Below are positions 1-10,473 of a stretch of 64,000 bases of DNA, piece after piece (the first letter of the stretch is position 1; the number at the start of each line of letters is the position of its first letter). Below the pieces are notes generated by a model. It did no database searches. It saw nothing but the letters and a program-made list of their open reading frames with translations, and was not told the origin of the DNA. Both the position numbers and the translations under genes were made by a program. Source of the stretch: Synechococcus sp. (GTDB lineage Bacteria; Cyanobacteriota; Cyanobacteriia; PCC-6307; Cyanobiaceae). The stretch spans positions 1,248,001 to 1,312,000 of the forward strand of contig JBJBCN010000002.1 in the NCBI GenBank assembly GCA_047285805.1. The letters run 5' to 3'.

Positions 1-1
1 G

Positions 2-604
2 ATGAGGTGGATCGAGGGCGAGAGCCTGGCCCAACTGCTGCCGCCAATGTCCGGCCGTGGCCCCCGGAAGGCCCTGGATCAGATCCAGGCTCCAACTCAT
101 GAGCTCTCCCTGAGCCCGCGCCGCCTGCAACCAGGTGGCAGCCTCGATCAGATGAGCGCGGCGATGCCGGCGTCCTAGACGCTCCAGCACACCGTCATCA
201 AAACTCTGGCCGCCGAGGCTGACGCGATTGACCCCCGCCTGCAGATAGCCCTGCAGACGCGCCTGATCAAAGCTGGCGGGGTCGAGCTCCAGGCTGATCT
301 CGGCACCGGGCGCCAAGCCGAAGCGGTTCCTCAGGCTACGGAGCAGACCCTGGATTTGCGCGGCTGTGAGCATCGAGGGGGTACCGCCCCCCACATAGAC
401 CGTGGAGAGGGGCGGTCCAGGGGGTGAGGCCTCGATCTCCGCCGCGATCAACTCCAGATAGGCCTCAATCGAGCGGCTGCCGGATTGCCCGGCGGCTCCG
501 CCGGCGCGGTCCCCCAGTGGCACCACGGGAAAGTCGCAATAGAAACAACGCCGGTGACAAAAGGGGATGTGCAGGTAGGCGCTTCGGGGCGGCCTGGGCT
601 CCAT
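2..604 (-). CDS. hemW: Radical SAM heme chaperone HemW / HemN-like protein, 5' part (runs off window start)
   Basis: Not in ORF track. Manual translation from ATG at 604: MEPRPPRSAYLHIPFCHRRCFYCDF, containing the CxxxCxxC motif and the YxHIPFC signature. Confidence 0.9.
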   Translation of the reverse strand, partial: MEPRPPRSAYLHIPFCHRRCFYCDFPVVPLGDRAGGAAGQSGSRSIEAYLELIAAEIEASPPGPPLSTVYVGGGTPSMLTAAQIQGLLRSLRNRFGLAPGAEISLELDPASFDQARLQGYLQAGVNRVSLGGQSFDDGVLERLGRRHRRAHLIEAATWLQAARAQGELMSWSLDLIQGLPGATAGHWRQQLGQALALDPPH

Positions 605-683
605 CGGCCGGTTACCTCCATGGGCCAAACCCGCCGCAATAGGGCATGCTGCTTTCGAGCGACTGGCAGCCACAGCACCCGCC

Positions 684-1871
684 ATGGTGGACACCCTCAT
701 CCTGGTGCTGTTCGTGGTCTCCGGAGCCGCCGCGGGCTGGCTAGGAGTCGATCTGCTGCCCGAGCAACAGTTGATCCGCATCCAAAACCTGGAGCAGCTG
801 AGCTGGATCCTCGGCGGCGGCGGTGCTTTGGCGGGCCTCTTGGCCGGGTTTGTCTTCCAGAGGCTGCGGCGCCGGCTCATGGAGCAGGTGCGCACGATGC
901 CCACCGATCTGCTGGTGAGCCGGGCCGTGGGCTTAATCCTGGGCCTGCTCGTTGCCAACCTGCTGATCTCGCCCATCCTGTTCCTCTCTCTCCCTTGGGA
1001 GCTGGTGCTGGTGAAGCCCCTGGCGGCCATTGCCGCTAACGTTTTCTTTGGCGTCTCGGGCTACAACCTCGCCGAGGTCCACGGCCGCACCCTGCTGCGG
1101 CTGTTCAACCCCAACAGCACCGAAGCCCTGCTGGTGGCCGACGGGGTCCTGATGCCCGCCAGCGCCAAGATCCTCGACACGAGCGTGATCATCGATGGCC
1201 GCATCCGCGGCCTGCTCGAGTCAGGTCTGCTGGAAGGACAAGTGATCGTCGCCCAGGCGGTCATCGACGAGCTGCAGACCCTGGCGGACTCCTCAAACAC
1301 CGAGAAGCGCGGCAAGGGACGCCGCGGCCTCAAGCTCCTCAGCAACCTGCGCGAGCGCTACGGCCGCCGTCTTGTAGTCAACACCACCCGGTACGAAGGC
1401 AATGGGGTCGACGACAAGCTGCTCAAACTGACGGCGGACACCGGCGGCACCCTGCTCACGGCCGACTACAACCTCGCGAAGGTCGGCGAAGTGCAGGAGC
1501 TGAAGGTGATGAACCTCAGCGAACTGGTCATCGCACTGCGCCCCGAGGTGCAGCCGGGCGATGAGCTGAGCATCAAGGTGGTCCGCGACGGCAAGGAATC
1601 CCACCAGGGCGTGGGTTACCTCGAGGACGGAACGATGGTGGTCGTCGATGGCGGCCATGGCTTGAGCGGCGAGCGCCTTCAGGTCACCGTGACTGGCGCC
1701 CTGCAGACGCCAACTGGGCGGATGGTCTTCGCCAAGCGCGATGGTTGGGAGGGTAAAGAGAGTGCAGGGCCCATTCCACCCAAGGGAAGTGGTAGCAACG
1801 CACGCAATCGCGGCAAGGCCAGCGGAAAACGCGGCGGAAAACGCGATCAGGACCCCGCCAACCCCCGCTAG
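684..1871 (+). CDS. PIN/TRAM domain membrane protein (YacL-like)
   Basis: N-terminal TM helices, ILDTSVIIDGR PIN motif, C-terminal TRAM domain (GVGYLEDGTMVVV). Confidence 0.9.
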   Translation: MVDTLILVLFVVSGAAAGWLGVDLLPEQQLIRIQNLEQLSWILGGGGALAGLLAGFVFQRLRRRLMEQVRTMPTDLLVSRAVGLILGLLVANLLISPILFLSLPWELVLVKPLAAIAANVFFGVSGYNLAEVHGRTLLRLFNPNSTEALLVADGVLMPASAKILDTSVIIDGRIRGLLESGLLEGQVIVAQAVIDELQTLADSSNTEKRGKGRRGLKLLSNLRERYGRRLVVNTTRYEGNGVDDKLLKLTADTGGTLLTADYNLAKVGEVQELKVMNLSELVIALRPEVQPGDELSIKVVRDGKESHQGVGYLEDGTMVVVDGGHGLSGERLQVTVTGALQTPTGRMVFAKRDGWEGKESAGPIPPKGSGSNARNRGKASGKRGGKRDQDPANPR

Positions 1872-1903
1872 GCTCCGGCTTCAAGCCAGCAGTGGATCCG
1901 CGG

Positions 1904-2581
1904 ATGTCGGTGTCAGCCCCCTACTACGGCGATTCAGCCGTGATGCGCACCCCACCGCCTGACCTTCCCTCCCTCTTGCTGAAGGAGCGGATCGTCTACC
2001 TGGGTTTGCCCCTGTTCAGCGATGACGACGCCAAGCGTCAGATGGGCATCGATGTCACGGAGCTGATCATTGCCCAACTCCTCTATCTGGAGTTCGACAA
2101 CCCCGAGAAGCCGATCTTCTTTTACATCAACTCCACCGGCACCAGCTGGTACTCGGGTGATGCCATCGGCTTTGAGACCGAAGCCTTCGCCATCGCGGAC
2201 ACCATCCGCTACGTGAAACCCCCGGTGCACACCATCTGCATCGGCCAGGCCATGGGCACCGCGGCGATGATCCTTAGCGCGGGCACCAAAGGCCACCGTG
2301 CAGCTCTCCCCCACGCCTCGATCGTGCTGCATCAACCCCGCAGCGGTGCCCGCGGCCAAGCCAGCGACATTCAGATTCGAGCCAAAGAGGTTCTGCACAA
2401 CAAGCGCACCATGCTCGAGATGCTCTCGGCCAACACCGGCAAGAGCACTGAAGAACTCTCCAAGGCCTCCGATCGGATGACCTACCTGACCGCCGAGCAG
2501 GCGGTTGAGTACGGCCTGATCGACAGGGTCCTGACCAGCCAAAAAGACCTTCCTTCACCCGTGCCCGGCGGCATCGGCTGA
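1904..2581 (+). CDS. clpR: Clp protease non-catalytic subunit ClpR
   Basis: ClpP fold (ERIVYLG, YINSTG) with the catalytic Ser absent (GQAMGTAA); directly upstream of clpP. Confidence 0.85.
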   Translation: MSVSAPYYGDSAVMRTPPPDLPSLLLKERIVYLGLPLFSDDDAKRQMGIDVTELIIAQLLYLEFDNPEKPIFFYINSTGTSWYSGDAIGFETEAFAIADTIRYVKPPVHTICIGQAMGTAAMILSAGTKGHRAALPHASIVLHQPRSGARGQASDIQIRAKEVLHNKRTMLEMLSANTGKSTEELSKASDRMTYLTAEQAVEYGLIDRVLTSQKDLPSPVPGGIG

Positions 2582-2617
2582 TCCTTCTTTCCCCGTCCCC
2601 CACTCACCAGACCAGCC

Positions 2618-3220
2618 ATGCCTATCGGTACTCCAAGCGTTCCATACCGCCTTCCCGGCAGCCAGTATGAGCGCTGGGTTGACATCTACACCCGTCTCGG
2701 TGTGGAGCGCATCCTCTTCCTCGGCTCCGAGGTCAACGACGCCATCGCAAACAGCTTGGTGGCGCAAATGCTGTATCTCGACTCCGACGACAACAGCAAG
2801 CCCATCTATCTGTACATCAACTCCCCCGGTGGCTCGGTGACCGCAGGTCTCGCGATCTACGACACCATCCAGTACGTCAAGAGCGACGTGGTGACCATCT
2901 GCGTGGGCCTGGCCGCCTCGATGGGTGCCTTCCTGCTGGGCTCTGGCACCAAGGGCAAACGGTTGGCCCTGCCCCACAGCCGAATCATGATTCACCAACC
3001 CCTGGGCGGCACCAGCCAACGCCAGGCGAGTGACATTGAGATCGAGGCGCGGGAAATCCTGCGCATGAAGGACATGCTTAACAACAACATGGCGGGCATG
3101 ACCGGCCAACCGGTCGAGAGGATCGAAAAGGACACCGACCGGGACTACTTCATGAGTGCAGAGGAGGCCATGAACTACGGCCTAATTGACCGGGTGATTG
3201 CCCACCCCAGCGAAGCCTGA
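2618..3220 (+). CDS. clpP: ATP-dependent Clp protease proteolytic subunit (ClpP3-type)
   Basis: [18 protein letters not shown] (catalytic Ser), RIMIHQP. Confidence 0.95.
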   Translation: MPIGTPSVPYRLPGSQYERWVDIYTRLGVERILFLGSEVNDAIANSLVAQMLYLDSDDNSKPIYLYINSPGGSVTAGLAIYDTIQYVKSDVVTICVGLAASMGAFLLGSGTKGKRLALPHSRIMIHQPLGGTSQRQASDIEIEAREILRMKDMLNNNMAGMTGQPVERIEKDTDRDYFMSAEEAMNYGLIDRVIAHPSEA

Positions 3221-3244
3221 GGAAGCTGACCGGCGCTTTCGTAA

Positions 3245-4276
<1,032 letters not shown>

Positions 4277-4284
4277 TTCAGGCC

Positions 4285-5313
4285 TTGTTGCTTCCAAGCG
4301 GGGTGGATGCCTTCACGGGGATCCACCCCTTTTTCTTGGTCCTGGGCGCCGCCGGACTCGATCGTTGGATCGGGGACCCTCGCTGGTGCCTGCATCCAGT
4401 CGTGGTGATGGGCTGGTTGATTACACAGCTGCGGCGGCTCGCGGAGCGCTACTGCGGAGGCTCCCCTCTTGGCCTACGGCTGGCGGGAGGCGGAATCACC
4501 CTGCTGTTGGTGCTGGGCAGCAGCGGCTTCGGCTGTTGGCTTGAGCATCGCAGCCGGGAGCTGTCCTGGCCGATGGGATCAATCCTTCTCTTGGTCGCCC
4601 TGGCCAGCGCCCTTGCCGGACGCAGCCTGGAGCAGGCGGTACAAGCCGTCCTCGAAGCCCTGAAGAACACCAGCGAGCTCGATCCGGCGCGTCAAGCCTT
4701 GAGCTTGATCGTGGGCAGAGACACCCGCACGTTGAACCGTCAGGAGATTCTGCGGGCCGCCGCGGAGACCGCGAGCGAGAACGCCGTCGATGGGCTCTTC
4801 GCGCCGCTGTTCTGGATGCTGATCGGAGCAGCACTCTGGCCGTATGGTGGGCCGGGTCCGTTGGCCCTGGCCTGGGGATTCAAGGCGGCGAGCACCCTGG
4901 ATTCAATGCTCGGCTACCGTCGCGGGACCCTGCGTTGGCTGGGAACCGCCGGAGCCAAGCTCGATGACCTGTTGGTCTGGTTGCCCTGCCGGCTTGTCAC
5001 CATCAGCCTGCCTCTCGTGCAGGTCAGCACGGCCCAACGGGTTCTGCCCCTGGCGCGGCGAGCCCTGCTGGAGGGCAAGCCCGATCCATCACCCAACGCG
5101 GGAGTCTCCCAGGCGAGCTATGCCCAGTGCCTGGAGATTCAACTGGGGGGCGTCAATCGCTACGCAGACAAGACCACCAGCAAACCCCTGCTAGCCGCTG
5201 GCGCTCGTCCTCCGGAGCCAGTCGATGTGGAACGCCTGCTCGCCTTAAGTCGCCGTCTCGAGGGTCTCTGGTTGCTGCTCGCCCTGTTAGTAGGCGCCGC
5301 GGTCCATCGGTAG
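4285..5313 (+). CDS. cobD: Adenosylcobinamide-phosphate synthase CobD/CbiB (start uncertain)
   Basis: GDP..HPVV, VGRDT, SENAVDG, TLDSMLGY, SPNAG motifs. Confidence 0.9.
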   Translation: MLLPSGVDAFTGIHPFFLVLGAAGLDRWIGDPRWCLHPVVVMGWLITQLRRLAERYCGGSPLGLRLAGGGITLLLVLGSSGFGCWLEHRSRELSWPMGSILLLVALASALAGRSLEQAVQAVLEALKNTSELDPARQALSLIVGRDTRTLNRQEILRAAAETASENAVDGLFAPLFWMLIGAALWPYGGPGPLALAWGFKAASTLDSMLGYRRGTLRWLGTAGAKLDDLLVWLPCRLVTISLPLVQVSTAQRVLPLARRALLEGKPDPSPNAGVSQASYAQCLEIQLGGVNRYADKTTSKPLLAAGARPPEPVDVERLLALSRRLEGLWLLLALLVGAAVHR

Positions 5314-6045
5314 GAGCACCACACCGATCGTGCGCAGGACGATGCCCAGATCCAACCAAAAATTGCGGTTGCGAGCGTAAAAGAGATCGAGCTTCACCCG
5401 AGTCTCATATGGCAGGTTGTTCCGGCCGGAGACCTGCCAGAGGCCGGTTAATCCGGGGCGGACCGAAAGCACCTCATCCATGGTGCGGCCGTAGCGCTCA
5501 AGTTCGTCCCAGACGATCGGGCGGGGCCCCACCACGCTCATCTCACCCTTGAGGACGTTGATGAACTGAGGCAGCTCGTCGAGGCTGGAGCGGCGCAGGA
5601 AACGGCCAATCGGCGTGATTCGCGGATCATTTTTGAGCTTGAAGTCCCGCTCAAATTCGGCCCGCAGCACCGGATCAGACGCCAGCACTTCTGCCAGAAT
5701 TCGATCGGCGTCCTTGCGCATCGTGCGGAACTTCAGGCACCCAAAGCCCCGGTAGCCGCGGCCGATGCGGCGCTGACAATAGAAGACTGATCCCTTGGAG
5801 CTCAGCTTGACCACGAGAGCCAGCACCAGCAGCAACGGCGAGCCCAGGATCAGCACCAAGAGGGAAAAGCTGATGTCACCGACGCGCTTGACGATGCGTC
5901 CTCGCTTGGATTGAGCCCTCAGCCAGAAGCTGGCCGTGGATTCAGCGGGAATCGAGTCAACGGCGGACAAACGCGCAGGGATTAGGCAAGTTCCAGCTTT
6001 AATTAAAGAAGTCGGGTGTTCAAGGCGAAACCTCGATGCGGTCAC
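5287..6045 (-). CDS. Bacterial sugar transferase (undecaprenyl-phosphate glycosylphosphotransferase family)
   Basis: KFRTM, DPRITPIGRFLRRSSLDELPQ, VGPRP, PGLTGLWQVSGR. Confidence 0.93.
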   Translation of the reverse strand: MTASRFRLEHPTSLIKAGTCLIPARLSAVDSIPAESTASFWLRAQSKRGRIVKRVGDISFSLLVLILGSPLLLVLALVVKLSSKGSVFYCQRRIGRGYRGFGCLKFRTMRKDADRILAEVLASDPVLRAEFERDFKLKNDPRITPIGRFLRRSSLDELPQFINVLKGEMSVVGPRPIVWDELERYGRTMDEVLSVRPGLTGLWQVSGRNNLPYETRVKLDLFYARNRNFWLDLGIVLRTIGVVLLPMDRGAY

Positions 6046-7242
6046 TCAAGCCATAGGCACAGGCAAGGCGCGGCCGCGCTCCTGGCGGGCCCGTTGATAT
6101 CGGCTCCAGCTGTGCTCAATCACCGCCTCCATGCGGGCGCGGAAGCGCGCGGGACTGAAGCCTTCCGCCCATTGCCGGAGTTGTTCGGCAGGGAGTTGCT
6201 GCCAGAGCCGCTGCTGCTCAAAGGTCTCCAGGGCAGCCACCAGCGAGCTGAGCTCTTGATCCGGGAACAGCAGGCCAGTGGGCTGGCGATCGCCCCGCTG
6301 GATGCAGCGGACGGTGTCCAGCAATCCGCCCTGACCCAAGGCAATCACCGGAGCCCCGGCGGCCATCGCCTCCACGGGGGCAATACCGAAGTCCTCAAGC
6401 CCGGCGTAGACGTAGGCGCGGCAACGGCTCAGCCAGGCGTTGACATCGTCCTCGGGAAGGCGGCCCAGCAGCCGAACATTGGGACCGGCCATGGCCTGCA
6501 ACCGCACACGCTCGGGGCCATCACCAATCACCACCAAGGGAAGACCGGTGCGGTTGAACGCCTCCACAACGAGATCGACCCGCTTGTAAGGCACCAGCCG
6601 GCAGAGGCAGAGGTAGACGTCATCGCGAGGCTGATCCCAACGAAAGCGATCGACGTCAACCGGCGGGTGAACAACGGTGGACTCCCGCCCCCAGTAGCGG
6701 GCGATGCGTGAGGCCGTGAAACGGGAATTCGCCAGCAACTGATCCGGACGCTGGCCGCTAAGCACATCCCATTGGCGCAGTTGATGCAACTGCGCGCGAA
6801 TCAAGGGACCGAGGCCGCGCCGGGCCAGGGAGGACTGGCGCAGGTAGGCATGCATCTGGTCCCAGGCGTAACGCACGGGGGTGTGGACGTAGCTCAGATG
6901 GCACTGATCGGGGCCGGTCAACACCCCCTTGGCCACCAGGTGATTGCTGCTGATCACTAAGGGATAGCCCGTCAGATCGAGCTGCTCGATCGCCATCGGC
7001 AGCAGCGGCAGGTACTGCTGGACATGGCTTACGCCAAAAGGCAGTCGCTGGACAAACGAGCTGGTGATCGAGCGACCCGTCAGCCAACTTCCGCGGCGAC
7101 GACTCTCCCCATCCACCAAGGCAAAGAGCTGAGGCTGCTGCAGGAGGTCATCCAACTCCTGGACCACCAGTTCAGCCCCCCCCACCGACCGGGGGGTAAA
7201 CCACTCGTGCACCAGGGCGATCGGCCCGATTCCAGGAAGCAT
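6046..7242 (-). CDS. Glycosyltransferase family 4 (mannosyltransferase-like)
   Basis: GGAE, RLVPYKRVD, EDFGIAPVEAMAAG. Confidence 0.92.
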   Translation of the reverse strand: MLPGIGPIALVHEWFTPRSVGGAELVVQELDDLLQQPQLFALVDGESRRRGSWLTGRSITSSFVQRLPFGVSHVQQYLPLLPMAIEQLDLTGYPLVISSNHLVAKGVLTGPDQCHLSYVHTPVRYAWDQMHAYLRQSSLARRGLGPLIRAQLHQLRQWDVLSGQRPDQLLANSRFTASRIARYWGRESTVVHPPVDVDRFRWDQPRDDVYLCLCRLVPYKRVDLVVEAFNRTGLPLVVIGDGPERVRLQAMAGPNVRLLGRLPEDDVNAWLSRCRAYVYAGLEDFGIAPVEAMAAGAPVIALGQGGLLDTVRCIQRGDRQPTGLLFPDQELSSLVAALETFEQQRLWQQLPAEQLRQWAEGFSPARFRARMEAVIEHSWSRYQRARQERGRALPVPMA

Positions 7243-7357
7243 GGCTCGCAGCCTAAGGGCGTTCCTTGAACTTTGATTGCCCGTCAGGTCACGAAAGTTC
7301 TCAGCTGATTGCCCTCAGACCACGAACTCTGAATCCTGAGGGAACTGCGTCTGAGCC

Positions 7358-7600
7358 ATGGCCATCCGCGAGCTACTGGAAGACGAGCTGAAGACGCCCT
7401 CCATTGGCACAACCGATTGCTTTAGCTGGCACGCCACGTCCGTCGGCATCGCGGCGCTGTGGACCGCCGGTCAGGCGCCCACACCTCTGCCTTACGACGA
7501 CGCCCTCAAAGAAGGGCTCGAAGTGGGCCTCGATCTCAGCCGCGAAGAACGGGAATTTCACCAAGTCAGCCAAGGGCTGGTCCTGGTCTTCCACAGCTGA
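7358..7600 (+). CDS. Conserved hypothetical protein
   Basis: 80-aa ORF with host-like codon usage; last core gene before the island boundary. Confidence 0.7.
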   Translation: MAIRELLEDELKTPSIGTTDCFSWHATSVGIAALWTAGQAPTPLPYDDALKEGLEVGLDLSREEREFHQVSQGLVLVFHS

Positions 7601-7608
7601 TCAATAAC

Positions 7609-7621
7609 AACGGAGAGGGTG
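7609..7621. repeat. att direct repeat, distal copy (AACGGAGAGGGTG)
   Basis: Identical to 18060-18072, which overlaps the 3' end of tRNA-Ser; base composition shifts here. Confidence 0.85.
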
Positions 7622-7816
7622 TTTGTCGATTTCATGCTCTGACGCACCTCAGCGAACCAACACGAACTTATTTTCCGAAATCGTCGGCAAACACCCTGCT
7701 ACCATTTCGCGACAGTCCACGAACGCTTGCGAACGACCCTGAGCGACCCATCTCACGACGGAAATCGGTCTGGAGCATTTTGAGTCGTGAGTAATCAGGA
7801 AGGTTCCGCAAGGCAT

Positions 7817-7847
7817 AAAAAGGCAGAGCACCGATGAGTGCCCTGCC
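7817..7847 (-). terminator. Intrinsic terminator downstream of alpA
   Basis: Minus strand GGCAGGGCAC-TCATCG-GTGCTCTGCC followed by TTTTT. Confidence 0.65.
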
Positions 7848-7889
7848 AACAGAGAGTTCTGAGGTATTTAGGTCCCCCACCCATCGGGG

Positions 7890-8087
7890 TCATCTGGATG
7901 CCATGCGGTCTGCCATCCATTTGGTGACCTCCTGTTCGTTCCAGACGACCGTGCGGGAACCCAATTGGATCTGCTTCGGGAAGGTTCCGTCCCTCATGCG
8001 GTCATAGATGGAGGTCTTGCCCATCCCCGTCATCTGAAGCACCTCTGAGATGCGGAGGAAGCGGGGTGCAGTGACTTGCTTAGGCAT
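7890..8087 (-). CDS. AlpA-family regulator / excisionase
   Basis: FLRISEVLQMTGMGKTSIY..M..G.FPKQIQLGSRTVVW, the AlpA pattern. Confidence 0.9.
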   Translation of the reverse strand: MPKQVTAPRFLRISEVLQMTGMGKTSIYDRMRDGTFPKQIQLGSRTVVWNEQEVTKWMADRMASR

Positions 8088-8229
8088 CAGACCGACACCT
8101 CCTCTGGATCAAACAGGAAGTCGGTGAAACGTCCGCCAGTCACAACGGGTGCCGGTTCAGGTTCCTGGGGGGTGGCATCTCTTGTTTATTGTTCGTATAA
8201 GGTCACAGCTTTCTGAAGCCCTTCCCCCC

Positions 8230-8506
8230 CGTCGCCAGCACCTTCTGCTGCTGCTCCGCGAAGGTGTCGGAGATGTATTTGAGGAAGATCAATCCCAGGA
8301 CAAGATGCTTGTATTCGGCGGCATCCATCTGGGCACAGAGTTTGTCCCCTGATGCCCAGAGCACTGCCTTGAAGCCCTTGGCGAGTGGTTCCTTCTTCTT
8401 TCTTGGGTTGCTCGTCTTCGCCTAAGCGGACAGATGCCAGCAACGCATCCAGGTCGGCAGGTGCTTGGACTACGCCTTGAGCGAGAGGGACAACGGGATT
8501 TGTCAT
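8230..8506 (-). pseudogene. hsdM: Type I restriction-modification HsdM N-terminal fragment, frameshifted and truncated
   Basis: After a frameshift near 8400 the alternative frame reads AVLWASGDKLCAQMDAAEYKHLVLGLIFLKYISDTF, the HsdM_N signature; the methylase domain is absent. Confidence 0.8.
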
Positions 8507-8754
8507 TTACTTATTTGATAAGTCATGAAATACCTATGAGGGCAGATCTTTAATAATCCAAACTGGTGGCGAAGAGACGAAGGAATTTCGATTTGTCCCT
8601 GGTCAAATCATTATCCATCCGTCTTCTATGCTTAATTGTGTTGCACCGGTTTTGAGTGTTGTCCGCCACGTATGTGTCGGCTTGATTGAGAGCGATGTAA
8701 AAGCAACTGACGATCTTTCAAAGTTATTCGATATTGATACAGGTGCCCGAGTTT

Positions 8755-9219
8755 TGTTATCCCTCGACAGCACACTATTACAGGTTGGTTTGATCAGACT
8801 TGGGTTAAGTATGATCGGCGCCAAAGCGCCCGAAGCATTGCTGAAAGCTGCAGATTCAGACTTGGCTGAAATTCACGTAGCCCATTTTCAGCATTGGGAG
8901 ATCAAAGACGAAAGAATGACGATTTAAGAGCACAGAATAGAGTGTTTCAAGCACTCGAGGACATCTCAGCAGAAGTCAGAGCAGAAGCGGCGACTATCAT
9001 CGTTTAATCATGCGAAGCGGAAGATGTTAAAGACATGCGCTCATCAGAGAATCAATCGAAGCAGACACTCAGGTAAGCCAGAATACAGCGGCGGGGCCGA
9101 CGAAACTCGAAGCAATCAACAGCATCTAAAGCATAGAAAAAGTAAAATCGACAGAAACAGATGAGTCAACTCAAGCAGTATTCAATGTAGCGATGAATAT
9201 TCTAAGCTGAGATTCATAG
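8755..9219 (+). pseudogene. Decayed 3' half of an E/F-clan HEAT-repeat phycobilin lyase (MpeU/CpeF/MpeV family, most like MpeU)
   Basis: Stitched frames: LQVGLIRLGLSMIGAKAPEALLKAADSD.. / SALGDQ..VFQALEDISAEVRAEAATII* / DTQVSQNTA..KLEAINSI*SIEKVK..DESTQAVFNVAMNILS*. Two frameshifts and stops at 9005, 9127 and 9208. Confidence 0.75.
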
Positions 9220-9320
9220 GAACAACAAGAATGCAGAAAGCCAAGAAGATAATTCAAAAGGAACCGGTCACCATGGAGAGAATTAAGTCAATAACACAAT
9301 CAGAGGCGCGACCTACCAAA

Positions 9321-9337
9321 CTGATAAGAAATGGATA
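9321..9337 (+). promoter_or_regulatory. 17-bp motif CTGATAAGAAATGGATA upstream of fciA (candidate AraC-type operator)
   Basis: 16/17 identical to 12962-12978. Confidence 0.5.
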
Positions 9338-9438
9338 CGAACAAGAGAAAAAGTAATCTCTCAGCAAAATGCAAAATATTAAGCTTGTCACGCACAAGCC
9401 CAGGATAACAATAGAGTATATAAATACGGAGAAGAAGT

Positions 9439-10470
9439 TTGCGAAAAAAACGATCTCGAAATTATGTGTTCTCGGATACGCTTGAGATGGAAGAGTTTTG
9501 CAAAGCACATTTTGAGGAATATCACTCAACATCCAGCTTCGGATGCAATGTAACTCAGTTGAGCACAGGTCTTCTCGAAACAAAGACAACTTGCTCACCA
9601 ATTCAAGATGTACATCTTGAGATTTTCAACTCTAACCAAACGTTACTCTATGAGGAAGAAGCGAACACAAAGTCAGTATCATTCTGCTGGCTTGATAGAT
9701 TGAGTGCTAATGACAAGGCACCACTGACAATAATCAGTGGACACCAAATGACAAGCAATAGCATTGCAGGCTTCAACCGGATAAACAAAACAGGTGGAAA
9801 TATCTGGGATATCATTGGCGCAAATGAAAAGCTCTGCTGCATGAGCTTAAAATGGAATATATTGCAAAAGAGAATCAACAAGTTAAATGCATTTAATGCC
9901 TATGCAAGGCTTGAGGAATGCATCGGCATTGACTCAGATGATGATCCGAGCGTACAGCTCAAAGAGTTATTTAACAACCATTTTTCTGGCAAGTCATCCA
10001 CGAATACAAACTCTTTTTACGATCTAGCAATCATATTCTTAGACAACGAAGACAGTGAATCAACACATGATTTTCATCGATGTGAGTCTACAGACCTAGT
10101 AGAGGATATGGTCAAACTAATTCACGAGGATAGAGCTGGTAGGCCTCCAATAACACTTGATGAAATCACTGAATACCTCAATTCAAGTACAGACTCACTG
10201 AATAGAGCATGCCAGAGAATGTTTAATATGGGTGTGCTTGAGCTTGTCAGAAGAGTACGAATAGAACAGACCCGTAAGTTTTTTTTGAATCCACATTCCA
10301 CAATAGGACTCAAGGAATTTACAAAAAAAAGAGTAGCACTTTACTATGGCTTTAAAGACTGGAAAAAGTTTGAGATGTCTTACGCTCTATATTTCGGGGA
10401 AACTCCTAGTCAAACAATAGATCGGTCAAATAAGACTTTGTATTCATTTAACGCACGGCCTGGAGATTGA
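9439..10470 (+). CDS. fciA: AraC-family chromatic acclimation regulator FciA
   Basis: C-terminal AraC double HTH (ITLDEITEYL..YGF..YFGETPSQT); tandem with fciB next to a phycobilin lyase and unk10. Confidence 0.85.
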   Translation: MRKKRSRNYVFSDTLEMEEFCKAHFEEYHSTSSFGCNVTQLSTGLLETKTTCSPIQDVHLEIFNSNQTLLYEEEANTKSVSFCWLDRLSANDKAPLTIISGHQMTSNSIAGFNRINKTGGNIWDIIGANEKLCCMSLKWNILQKRINKLNAFNAYARLEECIGIDSDDDPSVQLKELFNNHFSGKSSTNTNSFYDLAIIFLDNEDSESTHDFHRCESTDLVEDMVKLIHEDRAGRPPITLDEITEYLNSSTDSLNRACQRMFNMGVLELVRRVRIEQTRKFFLNPHSTIGLKEFTKKRVALYYGFKDWKKFEMSYALYFGETPSQTIDRSNKTLYSFNARPGD

Positions 10471-10473
10471 TAC

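Noticed and set aside
8628..8927. 99-aa track ORF as a real protein
   Set aside because: Chimeric frame: only its second half belongs to the lyase pseudogene.
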